Source: Asterionella formosa (Eukaryota). Taken from it: a stretch of 41,944 nucleotides of DNA. Below, piece by piece: positions 1 through 10,852 of the stretch. The first letter of the stretch is position 1. The number at the start of each line of letters is the position of its first letter. Made by a program: the position numbers and the translations under genes. The DNA lies in NCBI GenBank assembly GCA_002256025.1, contig NKIB01014630.1, positions 1 through 41,944 of the forward strand. The letters run 5' to 3'. The notes under the pieces were generated by a model that worked only from the letters and a program-made list of their open reading frames with translations, was not told where the DNA came from and did no database searches.

Positions 1-607
1 AGCAGCTAGATTAACATGTTTTTGTTGTGTATCTAAATGCTAGTATGGCTTGTCAGCTCACGCATTGTTGTTGATAACAGGCAGGGACAATGAGGTCCGG
101 AATGAAAGTTGTTCTGGTAAGATTACCACGCTATTTTGACGGCTATATGAGCAAAGCTACTGATAACTCACACTGATCTTCCTCTACATTCAATTGACAT
201 TGCAGCAAACCCTTTCAATTCAGGAGCATTCGGATGAAATCCAGGATTGAGTATTGATCCTTTCTGATTCTGTGTTAATGTCATATGATAACAGGGCTCC
301 GTAAATCATGAGTTGTTAGTGTGCCTTGGCTTGCTGTTTGTCATGCTGCCAGCTGATGCTGTATTTCTACTGAATTATTGAACGACTATGCGAATCTTTA
401 TGTGCCAGTTGTTCAATAATTCATTGCGTAACCTCACAGAATAGCTAAAGAAAAATAAAATTCATTTCAAACATTTAGCAGTAAAATTATAATCCATTTT
501 ATTTTGATTAGAATTTTCATTAAGGTAAGTTAGATACAACATGATGAAAGGATGTACATCATAGAATAATCTTTTGATAATTATATAGTGTGTTGTTTAT
601 TTCAAAA

Positions 608-935
608 AAGTTAGTATGTTTTATAGCCCATTCGTACTCCCCTCTTTCAAGGCAAGTATTTCATTGTGCTACCTGCCAACAAGACCGGTGCTTCCCTAGT
701 TTTATTAGCGTATGTGAGTCCCCAACCACCTTTCGCGAAGGGTGATCGTCTTAGCTGCAGCGTTAGGGGAAACTCCGACTGGCTAGGGAAGGCGGCACAA
801 GCTGCTTGTAGGAGGCCAACCCACTAAAGGAGTGAGGGAGTCGAACCCAAAAATTGCTTCTCAAAAAATTACGGGAATCAAATCTCACTACCTCAGATCA
901 AAGGCAATGTACTAAACCACTAATCCATTCGTGAC
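608..935 (-). mobile_element. tRNA-derived SINE-like element, family A, second copy
   Basis: Colinear with 25904-26271 but lacks the 40 bp at 26123-26162. A-box-like TGGATTAGTGG and B-box GGGTTCGACTCCC. No clear TSD. Confidence 0.8.
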
Positions 936-1332
936 ATGATCATATAATTGTACTATACATTTATCATACATAAAACAAAATATGTGTCAAAAAAATTCTC
1001 TGCCACCTAGCATGCCATATCCATGATCTTACAAAGATGATATTTTTTATTTGCAGATCATAAAAAATCTATTTGATATTTTGAAAATACGTATGTGATA
1101 GATAATATATATATTTAGGATCACACACTCAAAACGTTGCTAATCAATAACTTTTTATGTATGGCCAAAAAAGAAGTCATCCTTCGAGAATTTTGGGGCA
1201 GTCGATAAAGAGCAAAAGTGTTAGGCCTAACACTTTTTTCATTCACAGACACAGGGCGTTCCACAATGTGTGCTGCCTGTGCCAAAGGGGCATACCAAGC
1301 AAGCGAAACCTGTCACTGAAGGAGAAATGAAT

Positions 1333-1941
1333 GTCTGCAAATGAAAACTATCATGAATAAATGGTTCAAGGGTATTGTACGCTAAGTGGCACAGGATTTT
1401 TACATATATGATAGTTTTTCGATCAAAAATATGATCAATGTATCATATAATTATGATCATGCAGAAAATTTTTTTGGAGCTTGAAGTATGATGATACTAT
1501 CATAGTTATAATACCATTCCATCATATGATAAGTTAAACATGGTCCTATGATGTGTATACTTTTGTCATACATCTATCTTAGCATGATTGTAATTCTCAT
1601 CGATATCACTGTCTAAAATAGGATGAAATTGATCGAAATTTAGAACTATATTTAGCTAAGAATGGTTCTATGATTCTATCATATCTTAAGTGGCTACAGA
1701 ATGTTCTACAATGCTCTCTTCGCAATGATTGGTGCTTCAGCTTGTCACTTCCACCTTCCCCCCAATCCAACTCTGAAGGTTGTTGTACTGGTTGCCTTGC
1801 CGTTGTTCCCCTGCTTTGTTCCATTTACTCCTGACGGATCTGAGTTTGCATTCAAGCATTTTCCAATTACTATTGAATCCGTTTCGTTGTTCCAATCAGC
1901 CATACTAACAAAGAGAAGCAATTAATTGTTAGCTGTTCATG
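1333..1941 (+). repeat. ~610-bp dispersed repeat, copy 1
   Basis: Direct repeat of 15195-15803, including an identical run at 1590-1696 = 15451-15557. Confidence 0.93.
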
Positions 1942-3136
1942 ATGCTCTGGTGACAGACCGGAATTATTCGTCTTGTGTGATGAGCCATTTCGTTTTAATT
2001 GGATTTCTTTTCAAGCTCTTAACAGATTGCATAGTACGAACATACTGTGCAATGTAGATGATGATTCATTGAAGACATATGATGACTTGAATGATGAATG
2101 AAGATTTTATCACAAACACTTGTTCTTCTCGATATGGCTGCTTTGCTGTTGTTGCAATAATCAGAGTGAGGACTGGAGAGGATGATGAGCCAAACCACAT
2201 TGCTTTAACTGGTCCATTATCCTACCAAGAAATTTAAATAAAGGAATCTAAAAGAAACAATACATATAATAATTAAATTTCCATAATCAAAAGGGTTACT
2301 ATTTGAATTACAAGGGCATTTATCAAAATTATTAGATGATATAACGAAAAATTATGATCAGATGATCATAATCCTATGATGCATCATAGAAATATGATGG
2401 TTTTTATTTGCAGACAAAGGGGTCAAGGGGAAGTGTTAGATGAAGTCTATTGGTGGAACGAATTTTTCTAGACAAGCTCATCAGTACATGTTGGCTTAAC
2501 ATGTCATGCCATTGACTCTGGCCAATTCAATCTGCATTACAGCATGCAGAAGGGCTGGACATTGTTGACTGAATCAAAAATTGAATGAGTTGGGGGCATC
2601 AACATATGCAATGAAATTCACAGGGAAAACATACAGGCTGTGCCCAAAGAGGCTGTGTGCAGTGCAACAAGGTCCAAAAAGGTCATACATGGTGCAAATT
2701 ATGAAATTAATTCCAGAATGCCTTCAAAACTGACACATGCTTCTCTGTCCATCATATTATCGTCTTCTTTGTGTGCCCTAAGGTGATCATGTTGTTACAT
2801 CCAGGGAGGTCTTGAGGGTTCCGTAAATTTATGTAAAGGCTTTTAGGTTGAGCATTTGCACCAGTTGTGCATTTTCTCAGTATATCTATGTTACTACATA
2901 CCAGCCAGTATTAAAATTTACTGCGCATTGAAAAACACATTGATACAATATTTTTCTTTTGATTTATTTCAACCGAGATTTAGTAAATCATTAATGGACT
3001 TGTCAAACATCGCCCCATGTAGCATCCAACAAAGTATTCATCAAACTGTTGTAAAGTTTCCTGTTATTGCAATTCTAAAGGTAGAGTCCAGCCATAATCA
3101 GCAACAAAGCAACAATTGGCTTGCTTTTCTTTGTAT

Positions 3137-4792
3137 TTAGGCGAAGATACGCTTTTCTGCATCAGAGTTGACAATGTCGTCAAGGAGCACCTGGAAGTCT
3201 TCCGAGGTAATTGACTTCAGGTCCTCAACAGTGCAAAAACCACCATTCACTCCTTGAATAGCAAATCGCTCGAAAGTTCGGATAGCAGAGTTCATACGAG
3301 CACGGTCCATGGCATTGCGAACGGTACGGGCATTGGAGAAGAAAGGAAGTTCCATACGCTTCTCAATGTATTGCTTGAAGGTGGCATATGCTTTCTCGTC
3401 AATGTCGTATTCCAAATCTCGGGCCATGACAGAGGCGATCTCAACAAGCTCATCGGCAGAGTAGTTAGGGAAGTCAATGTGGTTACCGATACGGGACATC
3501 ATACCAGGGATATAGGAGAAGAACTTGTCCATACGGTCTTTGTAACCGGCAACTGCAACAACAAGATCATCTTGGTTGTTCTCCATAACGTTGAGAAGAA
3601 TCTCAATCGATTCCTGACCATAATCACGGTCATTGGCAGCGTTGTAGAGGTAGTAAGCTTCGTCGACAAGGAGCACTCCTCCCATCGCCTTCTTGATCAT
3701 CTCCTTGGTCTTTGGGGCGGTGTGTCCAACATACTGGCCGACAAGGTCATCACGTGTGGCAAGGACAACGTGACCACGACGGGAGTATCCCATCTTGGCA
3801 AGAATTTGACCCATACGCACCGCCACAGTAGTCTTTCCGGTTCCAGGAGCTCCGGTGAAGGACATGTGGAGCGATGGGACAGCGGTCTCGAAGCCAAGCT
3901 TACGACGCATCTTGTCAAGGACTAGCAGGGCTGCGATTTCCTTAACACGCTTCTTGACCGGGATAAGTCCAACGAGGTCGTTATCAAGCTTGTCAAGTTG
4001 CTCTTGGACCCCCTCCTTGAACATGAACTCATCAACTACATGTGTAGAAACGAAATGTCAGAAAGAGTCGGTAATCCAAGAACAATAGTGACACTGCTGA
4101 AGTATTGAAAGGTCACCATTAACTATTGACTTACCAGTACCAGCGGGAGTAGAATCAGGCATATTGGTCATGTAATCAATCTTCTTTTGACGCTCCTCTC
4201 GGCGCATTTCTGCGGCGCGTTCACGTTGCTCCGCGGCCTCTCTGGACTTTCTGCGTTCGGTATCAGCCTCTTGCAAAGCCGAACTGAGCTTAACGTAGTT
4301 GGAGTTGTTGGGATCCGTACCTCCTTGATATTCCAAAGATTTGGTTCCGAAAGGGTTCATGTTTGCGCCATAGAGACTGGTGGAAAGCTGCAGAGCAAGA
4401 ACATGAAGAGGAATGTGGTGAGGACAGGAAGAAAACAACGAGCGAAGGATGTCTCGACAGGGGAGCAATCAATTAAATTTGACCTGCACAAGAATCCTGG
4501 GTGGAACTCCGCGTGTTGCGCAGAAATGCAAAGGACAAAGATAGCGCTATAAAAAGGGTGATTCTTTGTTTTCGACGGCGACGACGGCTGAATTCTGAAA
4601 TGGATATCCATCTTGATTTCGGCCTATTGCTGTGTTTTTTCGTCCAGACTGACAATGCTTCGTACACAGCTCTGATATTACCATTTGCTGGTTGAACCGT
4701 CGAATGTAACTCACACGAGCTGCTTGCCCAGCAGGGCTGAAAGCCGAGCTAGAAGCAAGGAAGAAAGCAGAAACGGCGGCGGTGAACTTCAT
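3137..4792 (-). CDS. cbbX: Nuclear-encoded, plastid-targeted CbbX (red-type Rubisco activase, AAA+ ATPase); 3 exons
   Basis: Exons 4792-4715, 4387-4135 and 4035-3137; GT-AG introns 4714-4388 (GTGAGT..CAG) and 4134-4036 (GTAAGT..TAG) splice in frame. Walker A GAPGTGKT, RDDLVGQYVGHTAPKT, Walker B LLVDEAY, NDRDYGQE and FSNARTVRN are CbbX hallmarks. The N-terminus MKFTAAVSAFFLASSSA-FSP is a diatom-type bipartite presequence. Confidence 0.96.
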
Positions 4793-4972
4793 CGTCGAAT
4801 TGATCGATTGTTGTCAATGTGCGGCAGGAAGATCTTGCTGCAAATTTAGGAGACATAAAATGATGTGTACCGACTTTCCGTCTCATTTCTCGTGTCGATT
4901 TATTGAGTACGTAAGCGTCTAAATCGAGTTTCTTCAGGCATTTGAACATTCATGCACACCGAAGAACAAACG

Positions 4973-5066
4973 ACGTCAGCCTACCATACATTAGGCATCA
5001 CGCAGACGTCAAGGTCACCATCTTGTAAAGTAAGATTCCTACAATATGTGCGTAGAAATGACGTCA
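4973..5066 (-). promoter_or_regulatory. Three TGACGT (bZIP/CCRE-like) motifs upstream of cbbX
   Basis: ACGTCA at 4973-4978 and 5006-5011, and palindromic TGACGTCA at 5059-5066, lying 180-275 bp upstream of the ATG. Confidence 0.55.
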
Positions 5067-5126
5067 ACTTTGCCAGTGATCATCCGATTTCACATGCGTG
5101 GCAGGACCATCAAGGAGCGTAATGGT

Positions 5127-5160
5127 GGTACCAGGTACCAGGTACCTGGAGGACCAGGTA
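5127..5160. repeat. (CCAGGTA)n array upstream of cbbX
   Basis: GGTACCAGGTACCAGGTACCTGGAGGACCAGGTA. Confidence 0.8.
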
Positions 5161-7191
5161 TAGAGCTACTGGTATCATATGCATATCCTCATGATTTCGT
5201 CGACTAAACAAACGCACATCAACGAAATTTGGACCTACAACGTACGTACGCCGATCACCCAAGAACAATGCATCTGCCTCATTTGCTGTGGTGCTACATC
5301 ATGATAACCTGGTAGTTGCTTCAGCTTATTTCAGGGCCATTCTTATCATAATGTCATTGGGCAACATTGGTGTATTATCTCCGCAATAGGATACAAAAAT
5401 GACTGTTTGTATCATATTTTGGTATCACCACCGGGATTTTAGGGCTGTTCATATCATTTTTCATTGTGTATCACAAAATTGAAATTTTTTGAAAAAGTAT
5501 GAGCAACAGTAACTTGATTTGAACTGAATTTCATTCATTCCAAACTTGGCACTGTATCACAGTGTATCATGGTGTAACATGGATCATTAGCAGCAACAGG
5601 CCAGCTATGAGCATCTAAAAATATCTGAGCCGTAAATATGCATAGGCCTATGCATAGCCTAAATAAAAATAGCCAGAATATAATAACATATATATCATGT
5701 AACAGAGTCTGTGTATACATGCTACTAGTACCAGTACTGGTGGGAGACTTGTCCTCAGCATGTTGTTAACACATTGACCATGTTGATAATTGGCCATGGC
5801 TTGATCAAGTTGCTGCACCTTTGAAGTCTAATATGTCATTGTATGAACAATGCAATAGAGAAATAAATATAGATATGTCTTTAAAATTGCGTAGAAATTA
5901 CGAATCTACGATGTAAAAGAATATTCGTCAATTTTTAGGAATACAAATAGACGACCTATGGAATTGTTCCAGCAACACGATTACAGCTATAACTACTAAT
6001 ATGGCTAAAACAATACTATCATAGGACAAAAGGGCTTGCAAAAGTGGTATGAAGCTAGAATTTCAATTAAAGATGCTACTAAATCAATCGATTGGTGCAC
6101 CAGTGGTGTTTTCATGTTGCGCTGTGATGCTGATGTTGATTTCGGCACTGTCATGTTTACAGTTATTTTATCAGTGCTATCAATTATAGTGAGGACAACG
6201 ATAGCGACAACGACAACGACAGCAACAGCAATTTTGATGTCAAAAAAATTTATTAATGAAGAAGAAAAGACTCATGGCAACCACGACATGGACTCTGAGA
6301 AAAAGAAAAAAACCGGATGAAACAGAAGAACACGAAGAAGACCCTTACTTGTTCTTAATTCGCACACTAGCAGTGATGAGGATGACAAATCATTGCAACT
6401 TCCTATTGTAAAGAAGGCAAGAAAAAAAGAAGTCTACAGTTGCAAAATCAAATCCCCCAAGTAGTGTCATTTTTGGCTACACATATTTTTGTGTTATCAT
6501 TGTGTACATGTGTTCGAAACACAGAGGTGATCATGTATTGATGCTTGGCCAGCCTGCAACTATGGTCGAACTGGATACAAGAAAATTCAGGCACAAATAC
6601 ATTTTTGATCGACTCATAACTAAATCTTAGATGATGATGGTGATGACTGCAATGCTCTTGCCTTTTCACAAGACCCTCATTGGGATCAAGTGTTAATGCA
6701 GCGAAAATAAAAGTGCTGCGGTCTTCAGCAGCACCCAGACGCAAAAAGAGATCCTTCATGTTTTCGTTCTTTATAAAAGTCGTCTTAAGACTGCTCGGAA
6801 GGAATTGGAAGAGTTGGAAGATCGTGGCTGACGATGACTCCGAAAATTCTGATGAAATTCAGGCTCAGCTAGAAATTAAGATATTCAAGAAAAAGGGGGA
6901 TCACTATTTTCATCTGCTTTCAGAAGCTGAAATATCACATTAAATCCAAGTAGTGAATAAACTATTTAAAGGTCTACATTAAATTAATTTCATGTAATTC
7001 TTTTCTCCTCCTCTCTATATTGACATGAGTTCATTGCAAGCCCATGGTTTGCAATCTGGTAAGAAAAAAATCTGTCATAACATAGCTTCTAGGCATTACA
7101 CACAATGGTTCCACAGTTGGTACGAAGCCCCAACCAAGGGGTTGTGATGAGTCGACAAGGATTATTTCAGCAAATATTTGATTATTATCCA

Positions 7192-7412
7192 GTGGAATAG
7201 CTTAGTTGGTAAGCTCAGCTTTAAAGATGGCGGGGTCGATTCCCGCATTCTACACCTGCTTTGTTTATGTTGGTAGTCCCTTGGGTTTCAGTTGGTGAGG
7301 CAGACAACAAGCAGGTCTTAGGCCCTCTGGGGGGCCAAGTGCAACTTCACAACCTTCACAATTGTCAAGTTCTTTAACAATAGCGTAGTACTTTAAAAAT
7401 TACTTAATAATT
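7192..7412 (+). mobile_element. tRNA-derived SINE-like element, family B, copy with TSD
   Basis: A-box TAGCTTAGTTGGT, B-box GGGTCGATTCCC and an AT-rich tail. Flanked by TATTTGATTATTATCCA (7175-7191) and TATTTGATTATCGTCCA (7413-7429), a 15/17 match. Confidence 0.82.
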
Positions 7413-7519
7413 TATTTGATTATCGTCCATAATCTCGTTATCGATTTTCTTCTCATTAATAACGTTATTGTGAAGTCGAGCATTGATTCAAGAACCAGTG
7501 CAGATTTTTCCAAGCTTTT

Positions 7520-8510
7520 TGATAGATTCTATTTCAAGACACACAATTTCGTCTGAATTTTACCAAATGCCATTTCTATTCATATTCGCATCTGTGAAAG
7601 ATATAAGTTATATTTATCCTGTGATGAATCATCACGTTGTGAACCAACAAAGGGAATGAGCATTACATCAGACAATGTGTATGCTGCATCGCCAACCAGA
7701 TAAAAAGCTGTATCAAATGCAGCAACTCGATCGAAAGTGTGAAGTTCGTTCAACAGCTACTCGGTCACTGCATCTTCCTGGTGCAATCACACCAAAATGG
7801 ATAAATTGTGATTCAGCATCACAAACAGCCTGGAGATTGATTCCATAAGTCATTTTGTAACCTGAAACAGGGATTGTTGAAACTTTCAACTAACGTTGGG
7901 TGGTTGACCATGGCTAGGAAGCCATCAATAGCACGACCATCAAATCCTTTTATTTAGCCTTCGGAGTTTTTGCACTAAAAGTCATACTAGGCCAATTCAA
8001 TAAAGACTTTGCTTTCATCTGGAAAAATAATCTTTAACCCTTTACAATTGCTTACAGAAACAATGAAAGGATCACGGCATCGATAAATTAAAGCAATGCT
8101 TCAAATTTTAGCATGTCGAATAATGTCAATGTAACTGCCACCAGCCAACCATCACAAACTAAGAATGGCTACCACAATTTCGGGAATTAAGGGCTCTGAG
8201 GTGCCCCACTTGGAATAATTGCCTTCAATCTTAATTTACAGCATGAACGTCTGCTTTTTAAATGCTCTGTGTGACATCCTGTATGTTTTTTCGAAAGCAA
8301 TGACGATATTGAGTTTGTCAACATGTTATTGCCAGGAGATTCTTTCATGGTGCCATTTGAGCCTTTATCTTAGTCGTTTGGATAAATCTTCCTGTTCAGC
8401 TACTTCGGCTAGATGACAGAGTAAAAAGAAATCCAGAACGCTGGTGTCATCATCTGTTCCAAAATCAAAATCATTGCTGTCATCAAGTAACTCTGGTGGT
8501 GATGATTTGA
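7520..8510 (-). pseudogene. Harbinger/HARBI1-type DDE transposase remnant
   Basis: Minus-strand translation gives WLAGGSYIDI, AIDG (7921-7932), YGINLQAVCDAESQF..GVIAPGRCSD, FYLVGDAAY (7679-7693) and YNLYLSQMRI*IEMAFG. These cover all three DDE motifs, with stops and frameshifts. Boundaries are approximate. Confidence 0.9.
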
Positions 8511-8814
8511 TTGATGCAAAGGTTTGTGATGATTATTTTAATATTCATATTATATATTAATAATATACTGCTGCCTGACCATCAATATTGTCTGGAGGGA
8601 TATACACATTTTTATCGCTGGTCTGTTGCCGTTGAAACTCTGTGTTATACCATGATACACTGTGATACAAATTAGTGATTCAATTTTATGTGGAGAATGG
8701 AAGAAATTCAGTTCAAATCGGCTTACCGTTGCTGATACATTTTCAAAAAATTTCAAATGAAATGATACTATATGGAAAAATGATAAGAATGGTTCTCATT
8801 GTTTTCATGATTGT

Positions 8815-10060
8815 TGTTGTGGTCTCTATGCCGCATGAACCGCTTTCTTGCTATGACGGCGACAATGCGAAGCACCATGCTAATTATTACCCTCACATTA
8901 TAAGAATACTAAGCAGACTACTTTCCGGTAGACTGGAGTACCTGATGGTACAGCTAAGAGGCCACTGGTAGTTGATAGTGGTGATGTGTACTACGTGAAT
9001 CCATACTACATGCACAGCACTAGTACCATGAGACCATGACTACATGAATCTGCATCTGCTAATGCATCCATCTACAACACAATCTGCTTGCACTTTAAAT
9101 GAAGAATCACACTGAATCTACTTGCACTTCAAAGGAAGATTCATGATGTATCTACCAGCAATTTAATGGCTTGACTGGCTACTTTAAGTGGAAAGCTATA
9201 GGTTGCAATAGGCTTGATAACTTCCAGCATCATTCTTGCAAAACCAATGAAAAATAACAAATATTAGCTTAATTTAGCAAAACATACTTGAGAAAGCACT
9301 CTTTCAACTGTAAAGCTAGCTGCTACACCTAGCTTACCAAGAATTGGCCGCAATTTGAGCACTTGCTATCAGGCACTGTATCTACTGCCTGGCTAGCTTG
9401 GTGGACTGCCAGCTTCCTACACTTTGGGAAGGAATAACACGACTGGTTATGAGCCTACTAAGCAACTTCCGGTTTTTTTAACAGAGCATCCTGCTCTCAG
9501 CACAGCTTGCCTAGGCTTACAACTGCAGATTCACTGCAATCAAATCAAGGTGCTACCATACTTGTTTTTTATTCTTGAGGAACAAGAAGAACAGTTATTG
9601 ATACAATAAATTGAGCTGGAGAAGAACAAGAGCAAGAACATGGATACCTGATCAGTTTGTTGACTTTGCATCATCCCTTGTAAGAAGTTCATTTAAGAAG
9701 TGACCCACTTAATGTCAACAGGAACTACAGTACCCATAGGGCCTCCTACTACCCCGCCTCCCAGGCCTACTCCTTTGTTGCCACCAGTCCCTGCTGCAAC
9801 ATCTGGACCCCCTCTCATCATGCCATCACCCTCCTCAGTCACCATTCCTGCTGCAGCATCTGATAGCATTGTTAAGCCACAGCCTCCCATGGTTGGTGGA
9901 CTTACCCCACTCACTGACAAGGAATGGGCAGCCTGGACTGTTGGAAAGCCCAAAGTAGATTGGTCTGGTCTTGATGATGAAGAGTCCAGAGAATTCACGT
10001 AATTGTTGTTTCCCAGAAAATTATTCTACTTGTTTTGGTGGATCAACATCCAAAGTACTT
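8815..10060 (+). mobile_element. Ty1/copia LTR-retrotransposon remnant (putative LTR, PBS and gag start)
   Basis: GGTTATGAGCC at 9445-9455 is complementary to the anticodon arm of initiator tRNA-Met (half-tRNA PBS) and lies just after ..AACA. The downstream Pro-rich ORF 9700-10002 (MVGGL..WAAWTVGKPKVDWSGL) recalls diatom copia gag N-termini. Boundaries are uncertain. Confidence 0.55.
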
Positions 10061-10852
10061 GAGTTTTTCTGATTGATGGTGATTCATTGCCAATGACAGA
10101 TGATACATCACCCATCACTTTTCCTTTTTCCAACATGAAATCTCAAAAGCTTTTCACAAGAGATCACAATGGAGATATTGGGGCCTCACTTTTAACTGCT
10201 AAATATTGATTCAAGACAGGACAACTTGACTTAAAGTTGCTTAGCATCAATGAGTTCTCACTGCAAGATCGTGTTGCTTCATAAAAACCAAAGATGTGCA
10301 GTGGTCTCTGTTTTGAATTCATGGAGATTTATATGGTTAGTTGAGACTTTCATAATTAATGACTTTCAATAGCAAAATCAGATACCTTGCTTGATCACTC
10401 ATGAGCTTGTCCATTAAAGGAACTTTTGTCTTTCGCCTCTACCTTCCACAACCCCAAGTGCATTATCTGACAACCCATGCTTAGTATGTGTCCCCCAACA
10501 GATTGTATTAGGGACTTACTTGGTCAAATCGATGATTAAAAACAAATTTAATAATGGGGCGGTGCAGGGATAGTTAATAGCATGAGAAGTTCTAATCACT
10601 CCAGAAACATTTTTGAAAACACTTCTCATATTCAGGATCACACAACAGAACTGAAAATAATTGCATTATTTGCAAACGTATGGAGTGATGATTTCGAGCA
10701 ATTCCAAAAATCAAAAAATTAATATTTGATCAACAGCAGAGTTAGACATGTTGGGTACTACGACGGATGGAAGCACTATGTATCTACAACCCAGCAAAAA
10801 AGATATGTCACTTTCTTATATACAATACAAAACTGCCTTAACAATAACTATT

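Larger units (their letters stand above)
5334..8795 (-). mobile_element. Decayed PIF/Harbinger DNA transposon
   Basis: Terminal GGGCCATTCTTATCAT (5334-5349) versus ATGATAAGAATGGTTC (8780-8795), 14/16 inverted match, each flanked by TCA (3-bp TSD). A longer imperfect inverted repeat lies at 5442-5579 versus 8643-8795. Contains a transposase pseudogene. Confidence 0.85.

Noticed and set aside
3254..3925. 223-aa plus-strand ORF and other antisense ORFs over genes
   Set aside because: These are antisense shadows of cbbX and other real genes, with no recognisable motifs.
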